Below, piece by piece: positions 17,513 through 27,758 of a DNA stretch of 64,000 nucleotides. Numbering within the stretch: position 1 is the stretch's first letter; the number at the start of each line of letters is the position of its first letter. A program made the position numbers and the translations under genes. The stretch spans positions 10,272 to 74,271 of the forward strand of contig CANQJL010000004.1 in NCBI GenBank assembly GCA_947624245.1, read 5' to 3'. The stretch comes from an uncultured Acetatifactor sp. (GTDB lineage: Bacteria > Bacillota > Clostridia > Lachnospirales > Lachnospiraceae). The notes under the pieces are model-generated. The model did not search any database and had not been told where the DNA came from. It saw nothing but the letters and a program-made list of their open reading frames with translations.

Positions 17513-18775
17513 ATGGCGCTGAGCAAAAAGCCCGTGACGGGCATGAAGGATATCCTTCCGGAGGAGATGCAGATCAGGGACTACTGTATCCGGATCATCA
17601 AGGAGACATACGGCAGATTCGGTTTTACGTCCATTGAGACGCCCTGCGTGGAGAACATTGCGAATCTCACCAACAAGCAGGGAGGAGACAACGAAAAGCT
17701 GATCTTTAAGATATTGAAGCGGGGCGAGAAGCTGAACGTGGCGGACGCCGTTTCGGAGGAGGAAGTGGTGGACGGCGGTCTGCGCTACGATCTGACCGTG
17801 CCGCTGGTGCGCTACTATTCTAACAATGCGGCGAATCTGCCGTCCCCCTTCAAGGCGCTGCAGATGGGAAATGTCTGGCGGGCGGACAGGCCCCAGCGGG
17901 GAAGATACCGCCAGTTCATGCAGTGCGATATTGATATTCTCGGGGAGCCTTCCAATCTGGCGGAGATCGAGCTGATCCTGGCTACCACCACCACCCTTGG
18001 GCGGCTGGGCTTTCAGGGCTTTGAAATCCGCATCAATGACCGGCAGATCTTAAAGGCCATGGCGGCGTACAGCGGTTTTCCGGAGGAAGCCTACGACAGC
18101 GTGTTCATCTCTCTGGACAAGATGGACAAGATCGGTCTGGAGGGCGTGGAGGCCGAGCTTTTGGAAAACGGATTTGAGAAAGCGGCCGTGGACAGATATC
18201 TGGAGCTGTACAGAGGTCTGGAGCAGGAGGAGAACGGCGTGGCTTACCTTGCAGAGAAGCTGCAGGGCGTGCTGGACGCTTCCGTGACGGAGGGGCTTAA
18301 GGAGATCATCGACAGCGTGCAGGCCACTAAGGCGGCGGATTTTAAGATGGTATTCGATGCCACACTGGTGCGGGGCATGTCCTATTACACCGGCACGATC
18401 TTCGAGATAGCGATTCCCGAATTCGGGGGAAGCTGCGGAGGCGGCGGAAGGTATGACAAGATGGTGGGAAAGTTCACCGGAAACGATGTACCCGCCTGCG
18501 GTTTCTCCATCGGCTTCGAGAGGATCGTCATGTTGCTTGTGGAGAGCGGCTTCAAGATTCCCGACAGGCCGAAGAAGGTGGCGTATCTCATTGAGAAGGG
18601 CGTAGGCGGAGAAAAGCTCTGTCAGGTGATCGCAAAGGCCCAGAAGGAGCGCGAAAACGGCAGCCAGGTGCTTGTGGCCAGAATGAATAAGAACAAGAAA
18701 TTCCAGAAGGAACAGTTGACGGCGGAGGGCTATCAGGAGTTCGAGGAATTTTACAGGGAGGCGCTGAAGAACTGA
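17513..18775 (+). CDS. hisS: Histidine--tRNA ligase
   Basis: LRYDLTVP, WRADRPQRGRYRQFMQCD, LVRGMSYYTG, GGGRYD, GFSIGFERI. Confidence 0.97.
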   Translation: MALSKKPVTGMKDILPEEMQIRDYCIRIIKETYGRFGFTSIETPCVENIANLTNKQGGDNEKLIFKILKRGEKLNVADAVSEEEVVDGGLRYDLTVPLVRYYSNNAANLPSPFKALQMGNVWRADRPQRGRYRQFMQCDIDILGEPSNLAEIELILATTTTLGRLGFQGFEIRINDRQILKAMAAYSGFPEEAYDSVFISLDKMDKIGLEGVEAELLENGFEKAAVDRYLELYRGLEQEENGVAYLAEKLQGVLDASVTEGLKEIIDSVQATKAADFKMVFDATLVRGMSYYTGTIFEIAIPEFGGSCGGGGRYDKMVGKFTGNDVPACGFSIGFERIVMLLVESGFKIPDRPKKVAYLIEKGVGGEKLCQVIAKAQKERENGSQVLVARMNKNKKFQKEQLTAEGYQEFEEFYREALKN

Positions 18776-18848
18776 TCTTCGGCGCAGGCGGGCAGCAGTC
18801 CTGCAGAAGAAAGGAGCCGTGTCACATGAGCGGCAGAAAGAGGCGGTT

Positions 18849-20639
18849 ATGGCAGAGTCAATGAAGGGATTAAAGAGGACACACAGGTGCGGAGAGCTTT
18901 CCGCGGCGAACGCAGGCGAGACAGTCACCGTCATGGGCTGGGTACAGAAGCAGCGAAACAAGGGCGGCATCATCTTTGTGGATTTGAGAGATCGTGCGGG
19001 CATTCTGCAGGTAATCTTTGAGGAGAGCGACTGCGGTGCGGACAATTTTGCCAAGGCGGAGAAACTGCGCAGCGAATTCGTAGTGGCTGTGGTCGGAAAG
19101 GTGGAAAAGCGGGCAGGCGCGGTAAACGAGAGTCTTGCCACCGGCGAGATCGAGGTTCGGGCAAAGGAGCTGCGAATTCTGTCTGAGGCGGAGACGCCGC
19201 CCTTTCCCATTGAGGAGAATTCCAAGACGAAGGAGGAGCTGCGCTTAAAGTACCGTTACTTGGATCTGCGCAGACCCGATCTGCAGAAAAATCTGATTCT
19301 GCGCAGCAAGATTGCCACCACCATACGCAATTTCCTGAGCAGGGAGGGTTTTTTAGAAATCGAAACTCCTATTTTGAATAAATCCACGCCGGAGGGCGCC
19401 AGAGATTATCTGGTTCCCAGCCGTGTGCATCCGGGCTGCTTCTATGCGCTGCCCCAGTCGCCGCAGATTTTCAAGCAGCTTTTGATGTGTTCCGGCTATG
19501 ACCGGTATTTCCAGATCGCAAAATGCTTCCGGGACGAGGATCTGCGCGCGGACAGACAGCCGGAATTCACGCAGGTGGATCTGGAGATGTCCTTTGTGGA
19601 CGTGGACGATGTCATTGACGCTACCGAGAGAATGGTGGCGGAGGTGTGCAGGGAGGCCATCGGTCTTGAGGTGGCGCTTCCCATGAAGCGCATGACCTGG
19701 GAGGAGGCCATGAACCGTTTCGGCTCCGACAAGCCGGACACGAGATTCGGCATGGAGCTCAAGGATGTGTCGGAGGCGGTGAAGGGCTGCGGCTTCGGCG
19801 TGTTTACCGGCGCCCTTGATGCAGGCGGAAGCGTGCGGGGCATTAACGTGAAGGGTCAGGCGGAGATGCCCAGAAAGAAGATAGACGCCCTTGTGGAGTT
19901 CGCAAAGGGCTATGGGGCGAAGGGGCTGGCTTATCTGTCCGTGATGCCTGACGGCAGCTACAAGTCGTCTTTCGCAAAGTTCATGACCGAGGAAGAGCTG
20001 AAAAATCTCGTCGCGGCCATGGAGGGGGAAGCGGGCGACCTGCTTCTCTTTGCGGCAGACAGGCAGAAGATCGTCTGGTCCGTGCTGGGCGCTCTTAGAG
20101 TGGAGCTTGCCAGACAGCTTGATATGATAGACAATAACAGGTTCGATTTCCTCTGGATAACGCATTTTCCTCAGTTCGAGTGGAGCGACGAGGAGGAGAG
20201 ATATGTGGCAATGCATCACCCTTTCACCATGCCTATGGACGAGGATCTTGAGATGCTGGAGACGGATCCCGGAAAAGTGCGGGCAAAGGCTTACGATATC
20301 GTACTGAACGGCGTAGAGCTGGGCGGCGGAAGCGTGAGAATCTTCCAGAGCGACGTGCAGGAGCGCATGTTCGAGGCGCTTGGATTTACAAAGGAAAAGG
20401 CCTATGCGCAGTTCGGATTTCTGCTGGACGCCTTCAAATACGGCGTGCCGCCTCATGCAGGACTTGCTATTGGACTGGATCGTTTCGTGATGCTTCTGGT
20501 AAAGGCGGAGAGTATCCGCGAGGTGATCGCATTCCCCAAGGTGAAGGACGCTTCCTGTCTGATGTCGGAAGCTCCGGGACCGGTGGATCCGGCGCAGCTT
20601 GAGGAATTGTGTTTGAGCCTCGCAGAGGAAGAAGAGTAA
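18849..20639 (+). CDS. aspS: Aspartate--tRNA ligase
   Basis: [46 protein letters not shown]...GLDR. Confidence 0.98.
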   Translation: MAESMKGLKRTHRCGELSAANAGETVTVMGWVQKQRNKGGIIFVDLRDRAGILQVIFEESDCGADNFAKAEKLRSEFVVAVVGKVEKRAGAVNESLATGEIEVRAKELRILSEAETPPFPIEENSKTKEELRLKYRYLDLRRPDLQKNLILRSKIATTIRNFLSREGFLEIETPILNKSTPEGARDYLVPSRVHPGCFYALPQSPQIFKQLLMCSGYDRYFQIAKCFRDEDLRADRQPEFTQVDLEMSFVDVDDVIDATERMVAEVCREAIGLEVALPMKRMTWEEAMNRFGSDKPDTRFGMELKDVSEAVKGCGFGVFTGALDAGGSVRGINVKGQAEMPRKKIDALVEFAKGYGAKGLAYLSVMPDGSYKSSFAKFMTEEELKNLVAAMEGEAGDLLLFAADRQKIVWSVLGALRVELARQLDMIDNNRFDFLWITHFPQFEWSDEEERYVAMHHPFTMPMDEDLEMLETDPGKVRAKAYDIVLNGVELGGGSVRIFQSDVQERMFEALGFTKEKAYAQFGFLLDAFKYGVPPHAGLAIGLDRFVMLLVKAESIREVIAFPKVKDASCLMSEAPGPVDPAQLEELCLSLAEEEE

Positions 20640-20729
20640 AGAGTTGACGGGAGGCCGCCACGACGTATTTCGGATCGGAGAATGCGGTGTGGCGGCTGTT
20701 CATTTTGTCAGAGGAATACGGGGTATGTG

Positions 20730-21422
20730 ATGAACGATCGGTATTATTTGCTTGCGCTGGAGGAGTTTTGGAGTGACGTCCGCGGAGAGCGGCTGCTTGC
20801 GGAAGCATTGCGCAAGATAGATTCCTCTCGGCAGAAAAAGGCGGAGCGCATCAGACAGCCAAAGGCCAGAGCTGCCAGCGTGGGAGGGGGACTTTTGCTG
20901 CAGCTTGCCCTGCGGGAGGCGGCCGGTACTGCCGAGAAAAAGGAAAGGGACGCGGATTTTAGTGTGTACACCGTCTCGCAGGCGCTTTCCCTGATCGACC
21001 GGCCCCGTGAAACGGTTATGGAATATGGGAAAAACGGAAAACCTTATCTGAGGGACCGTTCTTTCTTTTTTAATTTGTCTCATTCCGGCGGGTATGTATT
21101 CTGCGCCCTGTCCGACAGAGAGGTGGGAGCGGATATCCAGATATGCCAGCCTGCGCAATACAGCCGCCTGGCGGGGCGCTTCTTTTCGGAGGAAGAGCAC
21201 CTTGCACTGGAGGAATGCGCCGATGAGAGGGAACGCAGCCTGCTGTTCTATCGGTTGTGGACCAGAAAGGAAGCCTACGGAAAGCTGACGGGAGCGGGGC
21301 TGGCCGAAGGGCTGGGGAGGAATTTGCTGCCGGAGGCCGGCGCACAGGACGGATCGGATATACGCTGGTCGGAATGGAGCGTGCCGGAGGGCTACAGGAT
21401 CGCCGTATGCCGATATGCGTGA
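20730..21422 (+). CDS. 4'-phosphopantetheinyl transferase (Sfp type)
   Basis: NGKPY, FNLSHSG, VGADIQ, WTRKEAYGK. Confidence 0.9.
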   Translation: MNDRYYLLALEEFWSDVRGERLLAEALRKIDSSRQKKAERIRQPKARAASVGGGLLLQLALREAAGTAEKKERDADFSVYTVSQALSLIDRPRETVMEYGKNGKPYLRDRSFFFNLSHSGGYVFCALSDREVGADIQICQPAQYSRLAGRFFSEEEHLALEECADERERSLLFYRLWTRKEAYGKLTGAGLAEGLGRNLLPEAGAQDGSDIRWSEWSVPEGYRIAVCRYA

Positions 21423-21459
21423 AGGGAATACGGAAATATTTGAAAGGTATGGAGCGTAA

Positions 21460-23292
21460 ATGAAGCGACTGTTAAAATATTTGTCCGCCTATAAAAAGGA
21501 GACGGTGCTTGCGCCGCTGTTCAAACTGCTGGAGGCGTTCTTTGAGCTTCTGGTGCCGCTTGTGATGGCGGACATCATCGACAGGGGCATTGCAGATTCG
21601 GATATGGGGCGTATCGGGAAGATGGGCCTTTGCCTTGTGATATTGGCTGCCGTGGGACTGACCGCGTCCATCACGGCACAGTTCTTTGCGGCAAAGGCGG
21701 CGGTGGGATTTTCCGCCAAGCTGCGGCAGGCGCTGTTCGACCATATTCAGAGCCTAAATTTCACCAATATCGACAAGGCGGGGACCTCCACGATGATCAC
21801 CCGCATGACCAGCGATATCAATCAGGTGCAGTCCGGCGTGAACATGGTGCTGCGGCTGTTCTTGCGGTCGCCTGTGATCGTGTTCGGCGCCATGATTATG
21901 GCTTTTACCATCGACGTAAAGAGTGCTTTGATCTTTGTAGTGGCGATTCCGCTGCTGGCAGTTGTTGTCTTCGGCATTATGGTGTGGACCATGCCGCTGT
22001 ACAAAAAGGTGCAGGCGGGTCTGGACAGGGTGACGGGCATCACCAGAGAGAACCTCACTGGCGTCCGCGTCATCAGGGCTTTTCACAGGGAGAGCGAGGA
22101 GGAAGCCTCCTTCCGCGAGCACAACAGGGCCCTGGCTGACAGTCAGATCTTCGTGGGAAAGATCAGCGCCATGATGAATCCCGTCACTTATGTGATCGTG
22201 AACGGCGCCGTGATCGCATTGATCTATACGGGAGCCGTTCAGGTCAATATCGGCAATCTGACACAGGGCGAGGTAGTGGCGATCCTGAATTATATGTCGC
22301 AGATTCTGATCGAGCTGGTAAAGCTGGCAAATCTGATTATTACCATCACCAAGGCGCTGGCCTGCGCGGACAGGGTGGCAAACGTCTTTGAGATCACGAA
22401 CAAAGAGACCGTCATATCGGATATGTCGGATTTGTCTAAACAGGCGGCGGACGCGCCGTTTCTGGAATTCGACAAGGTCGGCCTGACCTATGAGGGCGCG
22501 GGGGCGGAGACGCTGCGGGATATCAGCTTCACGGTAAAGCGCGGGGAGACCGTGGGCATTATCGGCGGCACCGGTTCCGGCAAGACCTCTCTGGTGAATC
22601 TGATTCCCGGATTTTACCCGGCCACGGAGGGCGCGGTGCGTCTGGAGGGACAGGATATCCGCCGGATACCGGAGGAGAAGCTGAGAGGCAGGATAGGCGT
22701 GGTGCCCCAGAAAGCCGTGCTGTTCAAGGGTACGATACGCAGCAATCTTCTGTGGGGCAATCCGGCGGCCACGGACGAGGAGATGTGGCAGGCCATAGAT
22801 ATGGCGCAGGCGGGAGAGATCGTGGAAGGAAAGGGCGGCCTGGATGCAGAGATAGCCCAGAGCGGAAAAAATCTGTCGGGCGGTCAGAGACAGAGAATGA
22901 CGATTGCAAGAGCGCTGGTCCGTCATCCCGAGATATTGATCTTAGACGACAGCGCCTCGGCGCTTGACTACGCCACGGACGCAAAGCTGCGCGCAGCTTT
23001 AAGCAGGCTTCAAGGGGAGACGACTACCTTCATCGTGTCCCAGCGGGCATCTTCCATTCGCCACGCGGACAAAATACTGGTGCTGGACGACGGGGAGCTT
23101 GTGGGAATCGGCACTCACGACGAGCTTCTGGCAGCCTGCGAGGTGTACAGGGAGATCTATTATTCCCAATATCCCGACGAGCGGCAGGCGGACGGCACAC
23201 AGACACCTCAAAAAGCAGCGCCTGCGGCAGACCGGTCCGAAGCGTCGGAGGAAAAGGTGCGGGAAGGAGGCGGACAGAATGGCGGAAGATAG
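21460..23292 (+). CDS. ABC exporter, permease/ATPase subunit 1
   Basis: TM domain, GGTGSGKT, LSGGQRQR, ILDDSASALD (degenerate Walker B). Confidence 0.93.
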   Translation: MKRLLKYLSAYKKETVLAPLFKLLEAFFELLVPLVMADIIDRGIADSDMGRIGKMGLCLVILAAVGLTASITAQFFAAKAAVGFSAKLRQALFDHIQSLNFTNIDKAGTSTMITRMTSDINQVQSGVNMVLRLFLRSPVIVFGAMIMAFTIDVKSALIFVVAIPLLAVVVFGIMVWTMPLYKKVQAGLDRVTGITRENLTGVRVIRAFHRESEEEASFREHNRALADSQIFVGKISAMMNPVTYVIVNGAVIALIYTGAVQVNIGNLTQGEVVAILNYMSQILIELVKLANLIITITKALACADRVANVFEITNKETVISDMSDLSKQAADAPFLEFDKVGLTYEGAGAETLRDISFTVKRGETVGIIGGTGSGKTSLVNLIPGFYPATEGAVRLEGQDIRRIPEEKLRGRIGVVPQKAVLFKGTIRSNLLWGNPAATDEEMWQAIDMAQAGEIVEGKGGLDAEIAQSGKNLSGGQRQRMTIARALVRHPEILILDDSASALDYATDAKLRAALSRLQGETTTFIVSQRASSIRHADKILVLDDGELVGIGTHDELLAACEVYREIYYSQYPDERQADGTQTPQKAAPAADRSEASEEKVREGGGQNGGR

Positions 23293-25054
23293 GAAGCAAG
23301 AGAGTAATAACAAGAGAAAAGGGCAGGCGGCCGCGCTGCGGCAGGTGCTTTCCTATATCAAAAAATATCGGCTGATGGTCGGAGTCTCTCTGCTGTTGGC
23401 TGCAGTCACCGTGGTGCTTACGCTCTATGTACCGATCCTTACGGGGGACGCCGTGGATCTGCTGCTGGGTAAGGGGCAGGTGGACTTCGGCGCCGTGTTT
23501 GCCATCATGCGGAAAATAGGCATTGCCGTTCTGGCCACGGCAGCCGCGCAGTGGGTGATGAATATCTGTAATAACCACATTACCTATCACGTGGTCAGAG
23601 ATATCCGCGAGGCCGCCTTTCACAGACTGGAGGAGCTTCCGTTAAAGTATCTGGACGCGCATGCTTACGGTGACATTGTCAGCCGCGTCATCGCAGATGT
23701 GGATACTTTTGCGGACGGACTGCTCATGGGCTTCACCCAGCTTTTCACGGGAGTGCTGACGATTGGCGGCACGCTTGTCTTCATGCTGGCGACCAATGTA
23801 CCCATTGCGCTGGTGGTAGTGTGCATTACGCCGGTCTCGTTTCTCGTGGCGCGGTTCATTGCCACCAGAACGTATTCCATGTTTAAATTACAGTCGGAGA
23901 CCAGAGGGGAACAGACATCTCTGATAGAGGAGATGATCGACAATCAGAAGGTAGTGAAGACTTTCTCACGGGAGGCGGCGGTCAAGAGTCAGTTCGCGGA
24001 GATCAACGACAGGCTGGAGAAATGCTCTCTGAAGGCCATTTTCTTTTCTTCCATCACCAACCCCTCCACTCGGTTCGTCAACAGCCTTGTGTATGCGGGC
24101 GTGGGTATTTTCGGCGCACTTTTGGCTATACGGGGCGGTATCAGCGTAGGCAGGCTGTCCTGCTTTTTGAGCTACGCCAACCAGTATACCAAACCCTTTA
24201 ACGAGATCTCGGGCGTGGTGACGGAGCTGCAGAACGCGCTTGCCTGTGCGGCGCGAATCTTCGAGCTGATCGACGAGACGCCGCAGGTTCCCGACAGCGC
24301 AGACGCAAGGGTCCTGACGGATGCCGAGGGCAATGTCAGTCTGGAAAACGTATATTTCAGCTATGTGCCCGAGAAAAAGCTCATTCAGGACTTTCATCTG
24401 GAGGTGAAGCCGGGCCGGAGAGTGGCGATCGTGGGACCGACCGGCTGCGGAAAGACAACAGTAATCAATCTGCTGATGCGTTTTTATGATGTGGACAGCG
24501 GACAGATTAGAGTGGACGGCACGGATATCCGAAATATCACAAGAGGAAGTCTGCGGACGAGTTACGGCATGGTGCTGCAGGAGACGTGGCTCAGGACAGG
24601 TACGATCCGCGACAATATCCGTATGGGAAAGCCGGACGCCACCCCCCAGGAGGTGGAGCAGGCGGCCAGAGCCGCCCATGCGCACAGCTTTATCCAGCGT
24701 CTCCCCCAGGGGTACGACACGGTGATTGCCGAGGACGGGGGAAATCTCTCCCAAGGGCAGAAGCAGCTTCTGTGTATCGCCAGAGTGATGCTCTGTCTTC
24801 CGCCTATGCTGATCCTTGACGAGGCGACCTCCTCCATCGATACCAGAACGGAGCTCAAGATCCAGAACGCCTTTGCCCGAATGATGGAGGGCAGGACCAG
24901 CTTTATCGTGGCACACAGACTGTCCACCATTCGGGAGGCGGATATCATTCTTGTCATGAAGGACGGCAATATCATTGAGCAGGGAGATCATGAAACGCTG
25001 CTGGCGGCAGGCGGCTTCTACGCGACGCTGTATCGCAGTCAGTTCGCGGGGTGA
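23279..25054 (+). CDS. ABC exporter, permease/ATPase subunit 2
   Basis: GPTGCGKT, LSQGQKQ, ILDEATS, AHRLST; GGAGG RBS. Confidence 0.93.
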   Translation: MAEDRKQESNNKRKGQAAALRQVLSYIKKYRLMVGVSLLLAAVTVVLTLYVPILTGDAVDLLLGKGQVDFGAVFAIMRKIGIAVLATAAAQWVMNICNNHITYHVVRDIREAAFHRLEELPLKYLDAHAYGDIVSRVIADVDTFADGLLMGFTQLFTGVLTIGGTLVFMLATNVPIALVVVCITPVSFLVARFIATRTYSMFKLQSETRGEQTSLIEEMIDNQKVVKTFSREAAVKSQFAEINDRLEKCSLKAIFFSSITNPSTRFVNSLVYAGVGIFGALLAIRGGISVGRLSCFLSYANQYTKPFNEISGVVTELQNALACAARIFELIDETPQVPDSADARVLTDAEGNVSLENVYFSYVPEKKLIQDFHLEVKPGRRVAIVGPTGCGKTTVINLLMRFYDVDSGQIRVDGTDIRNITRGSLRTSYGMVLQETWLRTGTIRDNIRMGKPDATPQEVEQAARAAHAHSFIQRLPQGYDTVIAEDGGNLSQGQKQLLCIARVMLCLPPMLILDEATSSIDTRTELKIQNAFARMMEGRTSFIVAHRLSTIREADIILVMKDGNIIEQGDHETLLAAGGFYATLYRSQFAG

Positions 25055-25181
25055 AGAAACTTTTTCCTCACTTTGCATGCAAAATTGTAGCCGAAAATTT
25101 CCATTTGAGTATATCACATGTTTCTATTGTTTCTGACACATAATTATGCTATAATTGTGTCAAAGAAAGGAGCGAAGCATT

Positions 25182-25445
25182 ATGCCTATTATTATGCCGA
25201 TTAAGGATTTACGTAATACAACCGAAATTTCCAATATTGCACATAAAGAGCAGGAGCCTATTTTTATTACCAAAAACGGATATAGCGACTTGGTTGTAAT
25301 GAGTAGTGAATTGTATGATAAATTCGCAAGGATTAACCGCATTGACCAGGCTATCTACGAATCCGAACAGGAAATTGCAAACGGAGCAGAGGCAGTCGAT
25401 GCAGAGATAGTTTTTGCGGAATTGGAGAAAAAGCATTTTGGATAA
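25182..25445 (+). CDS. Phd/YefM-family antitoxin
   Basis: PIKDLRNTTEIS...EPIFITKNGYSDLVVMS; promoter TTGTTT-17-TATAAT and AAGGAG RBS. Confidence 0.88.
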   Translation: MPIIMPIKDLRNTTEISNIAHKEQEPIFITKNGYSDLVVMSSELYDKFARINRIDQAIYESEQEIANGAEAVDAEIVFAELEKKHFG

Positions 25446-25485
25446 ATACAAGGTAACGATACAGTATCAGGGAAGAAATCTATAA
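25438..25485 (+). pseudogene. Remnant of a RelE/ParE-family toxin (15 codons)
   Basis: TTG start overlapping the antitoxin end; (M)DKYKV-TIQYQGRNL* resembles the fused N- and C-termini of this toxin family. Confidence 0.7.
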
Positions 25486-25541
25486 AATAAGCGCCAGATG
25501 AGTTAAAAGTGTAACCGATTTTGCTATGGTAAAACAAAACG

Positions 25542-25673
25542 AAAAGATATGAGTTGTTTACCAGTACAAAAAGTATTAGCAATATAAGGTTATATGAAAA
25601 ATTAGGATATAAGATATTTAAACAAGAAGCAGCATCTCGGGAATTACAGTTTGTATATTTGCAAAAACGCTAA
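25542..25673 (+). pseudogene. C-terminal fragment of a GNAT acetyltransferase
   Basis: KRYELFTSTKSISNIRLYEKLGYKIFKQ...FVYLQKR*; no start or N-terminal part upstream. Confidence 0.65.
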
Positions 25674-25706
25674 GAGAAAAGTCGGTGTTTAGAGGTGATA
25701 TGCTCT

Positions 25707-26105
25707 ATGGAAGCAAGACTTGAATACTGCGGTAATTATATAGAGATCATGAATTTCCGCCACTCTGTTGATGACGAAAGAAATGGGAATCCGTATAATT
25801 GTTCATTTGATATTAAAGTGAAATCAGGCGTGTTCTCCGGCATTGCAGATGGCTGTGAATATGATTATAAGGAGTTACAGAAATTTATCAAAGCTCTTGA
25901 AGATATGATTTTGTTCAAGAGAAAAGAAATAACATTTGTTGAAATAGGATATGGTAATAAGATTGAGTTCGATTGCGGCAGATCAGGACATATAAAAGTA
26001 TCCGGTGATATACAGGGTGATGCAGGAAGCCATATTCTCAAATTTGAATTTATGGCCGATCAGACAGTTTTTCCTGAATTCATAAAAGAGTTGAAAAATC
26101 TATAA
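25707..26105 (+). CDS. Hypothetical protein
   Basis: GAGGTG RBS, AT-rich ORF, no recognised motif. Confidence 0.65.
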   Translation: MEARLEYCGNYIEIMNFRHSVDDERNGNPYNCSFDIKVKSGVFSGIADGCEYDYKELQKFIKALEDMILFKRKEITFVEIGYGNKIEFDCGRSGHIKVSGDIQGDAGSHILKFEFMADQTVFPEFIKELKNL

Positions 26106-26130
26106 ATTACTATTTGTGGAGGTGAAGGAT

Positions 26131-26619
26131 ATGACTATTTCGCAGATTATAAACAAAATGATCGTCTTCTCAGAAGGCAATATTCACGATATAGACCACT
26201 TCATTCGCGTTTGGACTTACGCCAAAACGATTGCAGAATTGGAGCAGTTGGACGGTGAAACGCAGTATATCCTTGAGGTCGCTGCAATTACCCATGATAT
26301 AGCCTGCCCTCTTTGTCGTGAAAAGTACGGCAACACCAATGGAAAGTATCAGGAAGAGGAAGGCATGCCGATGGTAGAAGCGTTCTTAAGCGATGCTGGT
26401 ATGAGCGCATATCAGATGGAGCGGATAAAGCATCTCGTAGGCCATCATCACACATTATCGGGCATTGACGGAATAGATTATCAAATTCTTATAGAAGCAG
26501 ATTATATCGCCAATGCTTCCGAAAATGGATATGATAGGAAGAACATAGACAGTTTTCTGAATCAAATCGTCAAAACAAGCACAGGAAAGCAGCTGATCAA
26601 AAGTATGTTTCGCCTGTGA
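26131..26619 (+). CDS. HD-domain protein
   Basis: DIDHFIRV, AAITHDIAC, VGHHH, LIEADY. Confidence 0.85.
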   Translation: MTISQIINKMIVFSEGNIHDIDHFIRVWTYAKTIAELEQLDGETQYILEVAAITHDIACPLCREKYGNTNGKYQEEEGMPMVEAFLSDAGMSAYQMERIKHLVGHHHTLSGIDGIDYQILIEADYIANASENGYDRKNIDSFLNQIVKTSTGKQLIKSMFRL

Positions 26620-26642
26620 CAATTCCGGTTTGCTGCTGAGAC
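26618..26642 (+). repeat. Direct repeat copy 1
   Basis: GACAATTCCGGTTTGCTGCTGAGAC; near-identical to 27435-27460. Confidence 0.8.
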
Positions 26643-26921
26643 AGCTCCGCCTTACAAGGGGTATGCATTTCGGGATTTTTTCAAAAATTTTGAGCCGCCT
26701 CGTGAGGCAGCCTATTACATCCACAAAGCAGACGGTTTTCGGCGCGCAAGCATGGTGGACGGAATCCTTCAGTTGAAATTGACACGCGAGGAATATTTAG
26801 GCGGCTCTGTTTGATTTGAAGGATGAAGGACTCATAGACAGATAACTTTCCGCTTGTCGAGATGTTGCAAAACTCTTTAGGAACGAAAGGGAGCCCTTCT
26901 ATAATTGAGGGAATACAGGTG

Positions 26922-27419
26922 ATGACTAAAGCTATTATAACAATCCTATTTCTTATCGTCAGCTGTCTATTGCAGCACATTTCACATGAATTACTTCATG
27001 TTTTTGTTGGCAAAAGGATGGGGTTGACACTAAATAAAATCCAGTGGTTTACGTTTCATGGCGGCACAAAAGTATTTTTTGACGGCGAAGAACAGATATT
27101 GGAATTGGACAAAGATATTCCAAAAGAATGGATATATACGAATCTTGCAGGTGTTATAGGAACAACGATCTTGGCATACCTGTTTTGCGCGGTTTATTTT
27201 TTGCTGGACATTGGATACTTAAAACTTTTTATGTGGGAACTGGGTATGGTCTTTCTGCTGACAGATAGTTCGTATGCTTTGGTATGTTCGTTTGGCAATT
27301 GCGGGGATTTGTTTTCAGTCAACAAAAATCTAAAAAGTAAAAGTACGCTTCGGTGCCTATCAGTATTGCTTTTTGTTTTGAATTGCTTTGTGGCATATAT
27401 TCTATGGACTCATTATTAA
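26922..27419 (+). CDS. Membrane protein with HExxH motif (M50 peptidase-like)
   Basis: HISHELLHVFVG inside a hydrophobic helix, FHGG, several TM segments, GDL near the C-terminus. Confidence 0.55.
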   Translation: MTKAIITILFLIVSCLLQHISHELLHVFVGKRMGLTLNKIQWFTFHGGTKVFFDGEEQILELDKDIPKEWIYTNLAGVIGTTILAYLFCAVYFLLDIGYLKLFMWELGMVFLLTDSSYALVCSFGNCGDLFSVNKNLKSKSTLRCLSVLLFVLNCFVAYILWTHY

Positions 27420-27434
27420 ATTATTTGTTGGTGC

Positions 27435-27460
27435 GACAACTTCCGGTTCGCTGCTGAGAC
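27435..27460 (+). repeat. Direct repeat copy 2
   Basis: GACAACTTCCGGTTCGCTGCTGAGAC. Confidence 0.8.
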
Positions 27461-27758
27461 AAAAAAATCCCAAATGCACACCCGAAATGCATGTTCAAAG
27501 AAGAAGCTTTCTGTTAAGTTAAGCGGTATGAATTATAACATAGAAAACTAAACTTTTAACTAAGGATTTTAATAGCTTGTACAATCGCTTGCTGATATGG
27601 TATTATAATCAGTAAAGCAATTAGGTTTAATTTGAAAATTGTTAGCTTTATGTGATAGATATTTTTATGTAAATTTTTGAAATGATATTCTTGTTGGGAA
27701 GAATAGGTGTGTATGATAATATTATTTTGAATACTATATTTAGAAAAAGGTGATTATT

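Noticed and set aside
20730-25054. PPTase next to an ABC exporter as a natural-product cluster
   Set aside because: No NRPS, PKS or carrier protein gene in the window
26692-26807. GAGCCGCCT...AGGCGGCTC inverted repeat around a short coding-like fragment
   Set aside because: A 9-bp repeat and an unassignable fragment; could be chance
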